DNA from: Isurus oxyrinchus
Taxonomy: Eukaryota
Assembly: GCA_026770705.1 (NCBI GenBank)
Contig: JANJGN010000026.1
Location: 31,186,001-31,250,000 of the forward strand
Direction: 5' to 3'
DNA: 64,000 nucleotides
Made by a program: the position numbers and the translations under genes. The notes under the pieces were generated by a model that saw only the letters and a list, made by a program, of their open reading frames with translations, had not been told where the DNA came from and did not search any database. This document shows positions 38,735 through 50,138 of the stretch, one piece after another (positions within the stretch are counted from its first letter, which is position 1; the number at the start of each line of letters is the position of its first letter).

Positions 38735-38879
38735 NNNNNNNNNNNNNNNNNNNNNNNNNNNNNNNNNNNNNNNNNNNNNNNNNNNNNNNNNNNNNNNNNN
38801 NNNNNNNNNNNNNNNNNNNNNNNNNNNNNNNNNNNNNNNNNNNNNNNNNNNNNNNNNNNNNNNNNNNNNNNNNNNNNNN
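38735..38879. other. Assembly gap (145 N)
   Basis: Run of n. Confidence 1.
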
Positions 38880-39442
38880 ATGCTAATTTCAGAAAGAAGA
38901 TCCGTTAAGCTGCAGGCATGTTCATTGTTCCATTTCCGATGCCTTTTTGTGTAAAATGAAATTACACAGGTGACATCACTATATATGTGGAGAATTTCCA
39001 AGTGTTGAACCAAACACAAAGAAACAAGAAAAAGGGAGGGTGGCGGGGACCACAGCCACCTGGATCCCCAACACTGGTGCACACTTGGTGCAAGATGCCT
39101 GCACGGCCCATCCTGGTTTTGCTGTAACCTTCCCCTCCAGCCCCCTCAGTCTGCCTATTCACGCACTGACACGGGTTTCTCAAAGGAAGGCATCAGCATT
39201 AAAGCAGTTGGCCAGCGATCTACACTGCTGCCAGACTTTACACAGCCGGTGTTACTGAAAGCTGATCAATATGGAGAATCAGGACAGGATCTATGGAGAG
39301 GAAGAGGAGGAGGTGGAGGTGGTGGAGCCCCCAGCTCGGCTGTGGACAACTGGCAACGGAAAGCAGAGCCGGAGCAGAAAATCATCCAGAGAAACATCGC
39401 CTTGATGAGCCTGCAGCACCTGGGCACCCTCACTACACAAAA

Positions 39443-39735
39443 TCACTCACCCTCACTCACTCACTCACCCTCACTACCCACAATCGCTCACCCTCACTCA
39501 ATCTCACTCACTCACCCTCACTCACCCTCACTCACCCTCACTCACACTCACTCAATCACCCTCACTCGCCAACCCTCACTCACTCACAGGTACTCAATCT
39601 CACACCCTCACCCACGCCCACTCATCACCCACCCTCACTCACCTACGCATCCTCACTCACCCAGCCACCCGCCCTCACTCTGTCACTCAGCCACTCTCAC
39701 TTTGTCAATCATGCACACGCTCACTCACTCGATCA
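39443..39735. repeat. C-rich (CACT)/(CACCCT) simple repeat
   Basis: cactcaccctcactcac motif repeated. Confidence 0.9.
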
Positions 39736-39829
39736 CTTTTCATAAATCGATGTGTGGGAAAGTGGGAACTGTGGGGAAGAGAGACCTGGAAGCGAGGCCT
39801 GAGGCCTAGCAGTGCCAGAAAGTGGAGCA

Positions 39830-41425
39830 TGGCTGAAGGGAGCGATGAGCTTTATTAGAAAGGGCAGGGAGGCGGGGGGAATGCTCGGAGAGCCTGGGGG
39901 AAAGGGCAGGGAGGCGAGGGAAATGGCACAGAGCCAGGGGAGGGGCTGTTGGGGGGGAAGGGTAGAGAGCCGGGGGGTGGAAAAGGGCAGGGATCCAGCG
40001 GAAAGTGCATTGGGATGGGGCAAAGGTCAGTGAGCAGGGGGAAAGGTCAGCAATCCAGGGAATGGGCAGAGAGCAAGTGGGAAAGGTCAGAGAGCCAGAT
40101 GAAAGCACAGAGAATCCTGCATTAAGTGCAGAGAGCTGGACGAGAAAAGGCAGAGAAGTTGGGGGGAAGAGCAGAGAAGTGGGAGGGGGTAAGGGCAGAG
40201 AGGCGGGAGGGCAGAGAGGTGGAGGGGTGACAGGGCAGAGAAACGGGGGGTGGCGCGGGCAGAGTGACGAGGCGAAATGGCAGAGAGGCAGTGGGGGAAA
40301 GGGCAGGAAGGTGGGTGGGGGAAAGACAGAGAGGAGGGAGGGCAGTAAGGCAGTAGGGGGAAAGGGCAGAGAGGTGGGTGGGGGAAAGGGCAGAGAGGTG
40401 GGAAGGGGAAAGGGCAGAGAGGAGGCAGGGCAGAGAGGCAGAGGTGGGGAGGACAGATAGGAGGGTGGGCAAAGAGACAGAGGGGGAAGGGCAGAGAGGC
40501 AGAGGGGGGAAGGGCAGAGAGGTGACGGAAAGGGCAGAGAGTCAATGGAAAGGGCAGTGAGCTTGGAAAAGGCCAGAGAGGCGAGGGGGTAAGGGCAGAG
40601 AGGCAGGAGGGAGAAAGAGCACAGAGGTGAGTGGGGGAAAGGGCAGGGAGGCGGGAGAGCAGAGAGACAGAGGGGAGAAAGGGCAGAGAGGCGGGGGGGG
40701 GCAAGAAAGGGCAGAGAGGCAGAGGATGGAAAGGGCAGCAAGCTGGGAGAACGGGCAAAGAACCAGTGGAAAAGGTCAGAGAGCCAGAAGAAAGCACAAA
40801 GAGCAGTGGAGTGCGCGTAGAGAGCTGAGGGAGAAAGGGCAGAGAGGTGACGGATAAAGGGCAGAGAGGCGGGAGGTAAGGGCAGAGAGGCAGGAGGGGG
40901 AAAGAGCAGAGAGGCGGCGGGTGTAAAGGGCAAAGAGGCGGGAGTGGGAACGGGCAGAGAGGTGGTGGGGGGAAGGGCAGAGAGGAGGGGGGAAAGGGCA
41001 CAGATGCAAGGGGGGAAAAGGGTAGAGAGGCAGGAGGGAAAGGGAAGAGAGGTGGGAGTGAAGGGCAGAGCGGTGGGTGGGGAAGGGCAAAGCGGCAATG
41101 CAGAGAAGCAGGGGGTGGGGTGTGCAGAGAGGTGGGAGGGGGAAAGGGCAGAGAGGTGGGAGGGGGAATGACAGAGAGGCGGGAGGGGGAAAGGACAGGG
41201 AGGCGGGAGGGGGAATGGGCAGAGAGGTGGGTGGGGGAAAGGGCAGGGAAGTGGGAGAGCGGAGAGGCAGAGAGGGGAAAGGGCAGAGGGGCGGGAGAGG
41301 GAATGGGCAGAGAGGTGGGAGGGGGAAAGGGCACAGAGGCGGGAGGGGGAATGGGCAGAGAGGTGGGTGGGGGAAAGGGCAGGGAAGTGGGAGAGCGGAG
41401 AGGCAGAGGGGGGGAAAGGGCTGAG
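39830..41425 (+). repeat. G/purine-rich ~24-bp minisatellite in the J-C intron
   Basis: Unit like GGGCAGAGAGGTGGGAGGGGGAAA (8-aa GREVGGGK periodicity in the ORF track); extreme G-over-C skew on the + strand. Confidence 0.95.
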
Positions 41426-41894
41426 AGCCGGTTTATAGCGGGGAGAGCCAGGCGGAAGCAGTTGCGAGCAGAGGCTCCAGATGCCCTGGGCCCCACTCTC
41501 TCTCTCTCCCTCTCTCCTTCATTGTCTCTCACCCTCCTGAAATCCTTTCCATTCCAAGGGAAAGGCACTCAGTGCCTGGGATAGAAGGGAGATAATGTCT
41601 CTGTGCGCTTCCCCCCATTTCCCTCCGCCTTTCTCCAGCGGGTGTTCGCTGCCTCTCCAATCACAAACCTGTTTGTCTCCCACTTTTACTGCTGATCTGC
41701 TATTCAGCCTATCAGCAGCTAACGGGGTAGAAGACCAGCCTGTGAATGGAGGAGCAGCTCCTCACTGAAATCTTCAATTCCACTTACCCGCCTTACCAGC
41801 ATTTTGAACAACGGCTCCGGGGGCCATATAGAGGGGCTTCGGGGGGGGCCACAGTCCAGCCACGTGACATGGATTGGAAAAGCCCGTAAAAATG

Positions 41895-43480
41895 GCAAAT
41901 AAGGAAATGGGCAGAGAAGCTGGACAAATATTTTGGCCTTAATGAGGTGGTTACTAAAATAGCAGAGGCATTGGTTTTAATTTTCCAAACTTCCCTAGAT
42001 TCTGGAAAGGTCTGATCAGATTGGAAATAGAGAATGAGGCTTTTATATTAAATAAAGGAGGGAAAGGGAAAACAAGAACCTGCAGGCCAGTTAACTTAAC
42101 ATCTGTCCGAGCAAAAATGCTGGAATCGATTATTAAGGAATCTATCACGGGTCACTTAGAAAATTCAAATGTAATTATGCAAACCCGTCATGATTTTGTG
42201 AAAGGGAAATTATGTTTGGCTGACTTATTTGAGGCCACTAGAGGAAGTAACAAGGAACATGAATAAAGGAGAACCTGTGGGTGTGCTGTATTTGGGCTCC
42301 CAGAAGGCATTTGACAAAGTGGCACATCAAAGATTACTGCACAATATAATGGTGTCAGCAGTAATATTTTAGGCATGGGTAGATGTTTGGTTAGCTAACA
42401 GGAAACAGAGAGCAGGGATAAATTGGTTATTTTAGGTTGGCAAGATGTGACAAGTGGAGTGCCACAGGGATCAATGCTGCGGCCTCAACTATTTACAATT
42501 TATATCAATGACTTGAATGAAAGGACTGAATGAATTTGCTAAATTTGCTGATGACACAAAGACAAATAGGCAAGTAACTGGTGAAAAGGGGATAAAGGGT
42601 CAGCAAAGGGATATCGATAGGTTCAGTGAGTGGGTAAAAAAATGACAGATGGAGTATAATGTGGCAAAATATAAACTTGTTCACTTTGGCAGGAATACAA
42701 AAGCAGCATATTATTGAAAGGGAGAGAGATTGCACAACCCTGAGATACAGAGGAATGTGGATCCCTTGGTGCATGAATCACAAAAAGATATAATGCAGGA
42801 ACAGCAAGTGATGAGGAAGGCAAAGGGAATGTTGGCATTTATTACAAGGGGAATAGAATATAAAAGTAAAGATGTTTTGCTACAGTTTAATAGGGCATTG
42901 ATGAGACCTTGTCTGAATTACTGTGTACATATTTGGTCTTCTTTAAGAAAGGATATAAAAGCATTAGAAGCTGTTCAGAGAATGTTCGTTCAAATGATAC
43001 TGGGAGGTGTCATCGGATCTCTCATGAGGGAAGTTTGGATAGGTTGGGCCTGTATCCATTAGAGTTTAGAAGAATGAGAGCTGATTTTATTGAAACATGT
43101 AAGATCCTGAGGGAAATTGACAGGGTGGATGCTGAAAGGATGTTTCCCCTTGTGAGAGAGACTAACGATAGGGAACACGGATTAAAAATAAGAGGTCTCC
43201 CGTTTCAGACGGAAATGAGGAGATTTTATTTTTCTCTCAAAGGGTGGTGAAACTTTGGAACTCTTCCCCGGAGAGCGATGGAGGATTTGTCATTAATATT
43301 TCAAGGCAGAGGTAGAGAGATTCTTCATTGACAAGGGAGTCAAAGGTTAGTGGAGTGTTGGAGGGAATGTGGAGTTCACGCCACAATCAGATCAGCTATG
43401 ACCGGAGTGAATGGTGGAGGAGGCCCCAGAGGCCGAATGGCTACTACTGATCCGCATGTTCACATGTACATACGATTGGA
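41895..43480 (+). mobile_element. CR1-type LINE, decayed
   Basis: RPVNLTS..KMLESIIK, HDFVKGKLCL, gtgccacagggatcaatgctg, tttgctgatgacacaaag (FADDTK), RLGLYPLEFRRMR. Confidence 0.92.
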
Positions 43481-43838
43481 AAATGTCGTACTAACTGTTA
43501 CTGGTATTCAATTTAGAGTTCTGTGGTCATTATATAGGTACTATTACAAAGGTACTTTCGAAGGGCCGTTGATATTCTTTGTTTTGGGGGACGTGGAGAG
43601 GGGCGGGGCCTTCCAGAAATTGGATAGAAGCAGAAAAAGAGGTGTGGGTTTAGAAAGAGGGAACCGACAGGCGAGGGTCACCAAATGATGGAAATAATAA
43701 ATGATCAAATGTGGGTGTGGGTTTTAGTTGGAATATACTTGGATATGTTTATACTAATCGTCAATTTTTGAGTTGTTTGCTTACTTAATGATCACAAATC
43801 ACTGAGTCTAACGTGTTCGATCGGCCATTCTTTCCCAG

Positions 43839-44135
43839 CGACACCGTCTTCGCCCACTCTCTACAGCCTGGTCTCCTCCTGTCAGCAACACAACACCGAC
43901 GGCTCCATCACCTACGGCTGTTTGGCGATGGATTACTCCCCAGAAATCACCAGCCTGATCTGGAAGAAAGATGGGCAGCAGTTCACCACTGGATTTCAGA
44001 CATACCCGTCAGTGAGAAACCAGAAGGGAACGTTCACCCTGAGCAGCCAGTTAACCATCACCGAGTCAGAGGGGGGATGCGATATCAACTGTGAGGTTCG
44101 ACACAGCGGCTCAGACAAGAGCATTGAAATGCCAT
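43839..44135 (+). CDS. IGHM: IgM constant exon Cmu1
   Basis: tttcccag acceptor; [44 protein letters not shown]; donor T|GTAAGT; 297 nt, phase 1-1. Confidence 0.97.
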
Positions 44136-44348
44136 GTAAGTGTTGGGGAACCTCTGAGAAACAGAAAGGCTGTGACTAACCTGTATGGGGCCTTGGTTGT
44201 AACGCATTTATAGTGCTCTGCATAGTTTTGATCCCTGAAAAATCCAGGTTATTGTCTGTTAACGGAAAAAGCCTGTTAAAATATAGGACCTCATTGTATC
44301 TGTTATCAATTTCTTCTGCAAGAAATGTTTAACCTGTGTTTTTTGAAG

Positions 44349-44636
44349 GTACTGACATCCACCCTCCAGCTGTTCTCCTAACCGTAAGTTGCCGGGAAGA
44401 AACCATAGTCTGTTCAATCATCGATTTCCGTCCAAAGCCAATCACCGTGAAGTGGCTGAAGAATGGACAACCCATGAGTTCAGGAATTGTCACATCTCCC
44501 GCCTTTGAAATGAACGGGAACTTCTCGGCGACCAGTCGGCTGAAAGTCTCCGCTGGGGAATTGCTCACCGGCGCGGTCTATACCTGTCAGGTCACTCATC
44601 AAGGGGTCACCCTAAGTCGAAACACCACCGGGTCTG
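44349..44636 (+). CDS. IGHM: IgM constant exon Cmu2
   Basis: ttttttgaag acceptor; [52 protein letters not shown]; donor G|GTAAGA; 288 nt. Confidence 0.94.
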
Positions 44637-44988
44637 GTAAGAGATACAAACCCATTAAAGTAACTGGTAATAGCTTCGGAATAAAGTGCTGGAAAGTGCA
44701 TCCACCCTATTCATAAAGCGCCATTCAGTACTGCATTCCAGGGCCCGGGAATGGTGTATTTGTATTGGGACTGGGGCAACACGGGTTCGCTAGAATGTTT
44801 CCAGGGCTAAATGACTGAAATTATGAGAACAATTTACACAGACCAAGCTGGTTTTGCATTGTGTAAAGACGATTACAGACGATAGTTAGAGATTGATATG
44901 TCGAATGTCCTTTGGAGAGTGAAGACTGAATACTGCTGTCCTGATTCTCATGGTGAAACTTTGGTTGATTTTCATTTCTGTCTCACAG

Positions 44989-45297
44989 AATGTTCCAACT
45001 GCAGAGATGCCACAATTACTCTACTGCCACCGCCAATAGAACAGGTCTTGCTGGAAGCGACGGTGACCTTAACCTGCATCGTTTCTGATGCTCATCAACC
45101 AGTACTCGTGTCCTGGACCCAAGAAAAGAAGCCTTTGAAATCAGAGATTGCCGTCCAACCGGGAGAGCATCCCGGCAGCGTGGTCAGCAACGTAAACATC
45201 TCGACACAAGCCTGGCTGAGTGGGGCTGAGTTCTACTGCGTGGTGAGCAATCAGGATCTGCCGACTCCTTTAAGGAGTTCCATCCACAAGGAACAAG
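44989..45297 (+). CDS. IGHM: IgM constant exon Cmu3
   Basis: ctcacag acceptor; [56 protein letters not shown]; donor G|GTGAGC; 309 nt. Confidence 0.97.
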
Positions 45298-45679
45298 GTG
45301 AGCGGTGAGATTGAAACAATAAGTGAGTCATTGTGTCTACTTCCAGTGCAAGGGTCAATATTTACTATTCAGTGTGTTCATGGTCTACCCGGATTGGCAA
45401 TTCCACTAGCTAAAGGCTCTGGGCCTGCAGACTTCAAGGAGGAAATTGATAAGTAGATGAATGAGCAATGAATTGAAGGCTGTGCTTTTGGATTTCGATG
45501 AAGAAAGATGGGAAGAGCCTGGTGTGGAGCTTAAACACCAACACAGACCAGTTGGGCCGAATGGCCTGTTCTGTGCTGTAAACTTTGAGAAACTTTCTAG
45601 TCCAACCCCATAAGTTCTCAGGGAAAAGGATTGTATCCACCTCTGCTCCGAGCTGGAAAACCGATCAGATCCCAAAGAT

Positions 45680-45885
45680 TTTTATTTATTAATTAATGGG
45701 ATGTGTGCGTCCCTGGCTGGGCCAGAGTTTATTGCCCATCCCTAATTGCCCTTGAGAAGGTGGTGGTGTGCTGACTTCTTGAATCGCTGCAATCCCTGTG
45801 GTGTAGGTAAATGCAGAGTGTTGTCAGGGAGGGAGTTCCAGGATTTTGCCTCAGCGACAGTAAAGGAATGGCGATATATTTCCTA
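45680..45885 (-). mobile_element. HER1/HE1-type 3' tail fragment in the Cmu3-Cmu4 intron (CR1 3' scrap at ~45430-45585)
   Basis: ggccagagtttattgcccatccctaattgcccttgagaaggtggtgg..gggagttccaggatttt. Confidence 0.75.
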
Positions 45886-46004
45886 GAAGTGGATAATGTA
45901 AACTTTTACTATTCAACTCAAAAACACATCCCTCACCCTAACCAGTGGTTTCATTGTCTCCGAAATTATCCAGTTTATTGACATTTATTGTACATTTTCT
46001 GCAG

Positions 46005-46396
46005 ACAAAAATCCGCAGGAACCATCCGTGTCTGTCCTCCTGCCCTCGGCAGAAGATGTCTCCGCTCAGAGGTACGTCTCCCTCAGCTGCTTAGTGAGAG
46101 GTTTCTCCCCCCGAGAGATCTTCGTCAAGTGGACCGTCAATGACAAGCCGGTGAATCCCGGAAACTACAAGAACACCGAGGTGGTGGCGGAGAACGGCAA
46201 TCGCTCCTTCTTCATGTACAGCCTGTTATCCATTGCAGCGGAGGAGTGGGCCAGCGGCGCTTCTTACTCCTGTGTGGTGGGACATGAAGCGATCCCCTTG
46301 AAGATCATCAACAGAACGGTTGATAAATCCAGCGGTAAACCGAGTTTTGTGAATATTTCCCTTGCACTGATGGACACCGTTAATTCATGTCAATGA
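46005..46396 (+). CDS. IGHM: IgM constant exon Cmu4 plus secretory tailpiece
   Basis: ttctgcag acceptor; [33 protein letters not shown]|[20 protein letters not shown]. Internal membrane-form donor G|GTAAAC after 46334; tail has NIS and penultimate Cys. Confidence 0.98.
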
Positions 46397-46423
46397 GAGT
46401 CTCTTGGTTACATTTCAAACTTC

Positions 46424-46438
46424 AATAAAAAAAATAAA
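46424..46438 (+). terminator. Secretory-form poly(A) signals
   Basis: AATAAA at 46424 and 46433, T-rich downstream. Confidence 0.85.
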
Positions 46439-46822
46439 GTCCTTTTCTCCAATCGTGATTTAAATGCACGGTTCCTCAATTAATGTTGTTTTCCACTTTT
46501 GCTAATGTTAGACCTATTCAGTTAAAATCGGATATTTCCAGGGCTCAGAACCAAGACTTGTACATCCAGTGCTCCCAGCTCAGATGCACCCTGGGTTAGA
46601 GACAGAGTAAAGCTCATTCATTACGGGGTTCTGCAAAATAACATCACCTCCCACTGAGGAGAAATCTGACCATTCCCATTTCTCGCAAACAAACTCAGCA
46701 CATTGAGATCTCGGTGTTCCTGCTTCTCTTATTGTCCATTCCTTTAAAGTGGATGCCAGCTTTAAGTTGCTGCATCACACCCACTGGGAAGTGAGGGTCA
46801 CAGAGAAACATGTCCCAACAAT

Positions 46823-46990
46823 CCCCCATCAGAGAGAGGGGGAAGGAAAATTGTTAACCCACTGTACCCCCCACTTCCCCAACAGAGAGAGGGGGAAGGG
46901 AAATTGTTAACCCACTGTACCCCCACTTCCCCAACAGAGAGAGGGGGAGGAGAAATTGTTAACCCACTGTACCCCACTTTCCCAACAGAG
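46823..46990 (+). repeat. ~52-bp tandem repeat (3 good copies, degenerate ones to ~47170)
   Basis: TTGTTAACCCACTGTACCCC at 46851, 46904 and 46956. Confidence 0.88.
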
Positions 46991-47609
46991 AAAAGTGAAA
47001 GGAAAATTTTTAGCCAATTTTACCTCCACTCGCTAAACAAAAAGACGAGGAAGATCATAGGTAAACCCAATGTGTCTCCACCTTCTCAGCACAGAGAACC
47101 GAAAAGGAAATTGCTTAGCCAACCAGACGGAGCAAAACTATTAACTCACTGGACTCTCAGTCCCCGAGCAGAGAATCTTGAAAGGAACAGGTCTCTACTG
47201 TAAGGACTCAGTTACCAACAGCAGAAATCAGCTTCTAGCTTACTGATCACAGGTTTTAAAGTCCCATCATGCTTGAAATGTTGTAAAATATATATTTATG
47301 CAACATAATTTTAAGAAGTTTTAACACTCTTGTTCCTGTTAATCTTATGCTAAGATTGATTTTCCATCATCCGAATCTAAACTGGTTATTAAATCCTCCC
47401 TGGGTTGTTTACGGTTCTGCCCCTGAATTTTATGAGGCAGATGGTTGATTGTTTGCATTCGTTCACCTGATATCACCTTGCATCTCACAGAAAACACGTT
47501 TATGCAGAACATTGAAAATATAATTTTCACTATCAGGGACAGACTCGATCGCTGGGACCCGATGAACCTCGGAAAAATAGTAAAAATGCACACCTGGGAC
47601 CCAAATGAA

Positions 47610-47674
47610 TGCACACAAACATACATACACACATAGGCATAGACACGCAGACACAAACACACACAGTACAGGCA

Positions 47675-47712
<38 letters not shown>

Positions 47713-48620
47713 TAGGCACACACACACACACAGGCACAGACACACACACAAACACAGGCAAACAGACAAACGCACACACAATCACACATGCACACAATCA
47801 CACACAAACACAAATACACACACGCGCATGCACACATACACATACACACACACACATACACAATCACGCACACACAAACAGATAAAACCAGACAAGCAGA
47901 CTCATATAAGGACACAAATATGCATAATCACGCATTCATAATGACATAAATACAGACAAAAAGACACACACTATCATTCAGATTGAAACAAGTCCATCGA
48001 TACACATGGACACATGCACACACATGAGCAGATGACAACCAGACATTCAAATAGATAGAGGAAGAGACTAACACATTCACAGGCACACATGTAGACACAA
48101 ACATGAAACATGCTTATACACAGGAGAACACAAAAAACACACGTTAATACGTATGAAAACATAAACACACATTGATACATAGTTCTAAATATCCATCAAC
48201 ACACAAATGCACACATAAAAAATTCTCTCTCACACACACGTTCGCACGCACACACACACACTCACACACACACGCTGTGACACAGACATTAATATGCTGA
48301 CACATACGTGGAACACAAAAAGAAACATTAACTCTCATATTAGCAGACAAGAACGCATAAACACGTATTAACACAGATAGTAATAAATAAACCTAGATAT
48401 CAATGCATAAACACACACAATAACACACTCATATATACATATTGACAAAAAAACAAAATATACATGCAGACGCAAACACAAAAATGACAAGTCAGCACTC
48501 ATTGGCAAATGAACACACCTCAATACTCATACACACATATGGACACAGAAACAAAGAGTGATGAAAGGCACGATATACTCATGCACACATACACAAAAGC
48601 TAAAGCATGACACAAACGCC
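47610..48620. repeat. (CA)-rich degenerate microsatellite
   Basis: Directly visible. Confidence 0.92.
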
Positions 48621-49167
48621 AGGCTATTGAAGAAAGTATAACTCAAATGTACTTTTTTAACCGACTTATCCTCCGGAAATTGTCCCTATTACATAATGAT
48701 GCAAAAAGCACACTGAAACAATGTTCTTACTGAGAAACTGATTTAAGTTAATGACGCACCAAACATTTCCAAAACAAATAAAAAAACAAGATGGGAAATC
48801 ACGGCCGAGATTTTAAAAAGCAACATCCACAGTTTCCAAATAAGTTGCTCAGTGAATCTCTCTCGCTATCCATCATAACATTCTCCAATAATAGATCGTA
48901 CAAAATTGTTCGAAAAAGAACTGATACTGGAGATAATTTTCCATATTTTGCGATTCGGACTGTATGAGGATTGTAAAGGAAGAACAGCTGTGGAGATAGT
49001 TACAGAGATAGGTTGCTGAAGTTCACGAGCTTAAAAGTAGATATACATTGAACATTAAATTAGAGAATACATTAATAACTTAGGAAAGAGTAAAGAGAAT
49101 ATTTTTTAAAAATATATCCTAGATTAATAAACAATCTAATTCTATCCGCTCGGTTATATCCCCATAG

Positions 49168-49295
49168 ATTCCACAGACCGCATCTGGATTGAAGATTCTG
49201 AGGATGATAACGGCAACATCTGGACAACCGCTTCCACATTCATCATCCTGTTCTTCCTGAGCATTTTCTACAGCACTGCCGTCACTCTGGCGAAG
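49168..49295 (+). CDS. IGHM: IgM transmembrane exon TM1 (absent from the ORF track)
   Basis: ccccatag acceptor; [43 protein letters not shown] (acidic spacer + CART motif); phase-0 donor GTGAGA. Confidence 0.96.
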
Positions 49296-49433
49296 GTGAG
49301 AAGATTCAATCCACTCACACTTCAAACTGACAGAAGGGGTTTGAAAAATCTGTCAATGTTTCATTGATTAATACACTAACATAAATGTCCCACATTCTAA
49401 ACATCTGCTTCATTATTTTATCCTCTTTTGCAG

Positions 49434-49442
49434 ATCAAGTGA
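49434..49442 (+). CDS. IGHM: IgM exon TM2 (Ile-Lys-stop)
   Basis: tcctcttttgcag|ATC AAG TGA. Confidence 0.9.
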   Translation: MK

Positions 49443-49857
49443 CCGGTTGAATTTTGGACACCGTAGATTTTCCTCAGCTCTTTATTGAGATCTCTGTATT
49501 ACGAATTTAAAATATGTCCTCTCAGTGAATCTAAAAATGAATCACCTTCAGTTCATGTTTTTGAATTTGTAGCTAAGACAGTCATGGACGGTATTTCCGT
49601 TTCTCTGTTTGAAATGTGCGAGATAATTATGGCTGTGTTGTAATTGTAGCTTATAATTCCCCAGTTGTTTGAATTCCATGTGTAAATAAGTAGATTTTCT
49701 CATTCCTCATTCACAATTATTCCCTTCCCTTTATGTTGAACTCCTGTTTTCTCTTTCTGGTCTCTGTTACAGCTGTACATACAGTTGGCAACTCAGAGCG
49801 AATGTGTTCTGTTCTCAGTATGACTCTCAGTCATATATTCAGTCGAGTTGACTTTAA

Positions 49858-49899
49858 AATAAACTTTTCTGGAAAATGTTCTCCGAAATTGTCAATAAA
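49858..49899 (+). terminator. Membrane-form poly(A) signals
   Basis: AATAAA at 49858 and 49894. Confidence 0.7.
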
Positions 49900-50037
49900 T
49901 CATGATTGTGAAACGAACTGACTTTGCTGAGCTTCTTTCCCCCAGGCCCATCGACACCGCTCCATTTATACCCCTATTACACTCATTCCTCCTCTCTCCC
50001 AGGCAGGTGTTTTTAATCTTTCCTGTTTGGGATGAGA

Positions 50038-50138
50038 ATCAAAAACAGAAAATGCTGAAAAAACTCTGCAGGCCCAACAGCATCTGTGGAGGAAAAAAAG
50101 AGTTAACGTTTCGAGTCCTCATGACTCTTCTGCAGAGC
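50038..50138 (-). mobile_element. Solo PLE 3' end with hammerhead-like motif
   Basis: Minus strand reads CTGCAGA-A-GAGTC-atgag-GACTC-GAAA-CGTT-AACTC. Confidence 0.75.

Noticed and set aside
37978-38886. His/Thr-rich and Cys/Val-rich ORFs (also 47345-48374)
   Set aside because: Microsatellite translations; one runs through the N gap.
39806-41584. Long Pro/Leu-rich and Gly/Arg-rich ORFs (up to 493 aa)
   Set aside because: By-products of a stop-poor purine repeat; open in several frames at once.
44067-44092. Extra Cys in Cmu1 (EGGCDINC) as a novelty
   Set aside because: As I recall, an equivalent Cys and the junction Cys occur in nurse shark Cmu1, so it is probably ordinary.
31485-49442. Alternative identity as IgW, IgNAR, IgM1gj or a germline-joined cluster
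   Set aside because: Four mu-type C exons, mu tail and TM, a conventional VH with CDR2, and intact intervening RSSs indicate an unrearranged IgM cluster.
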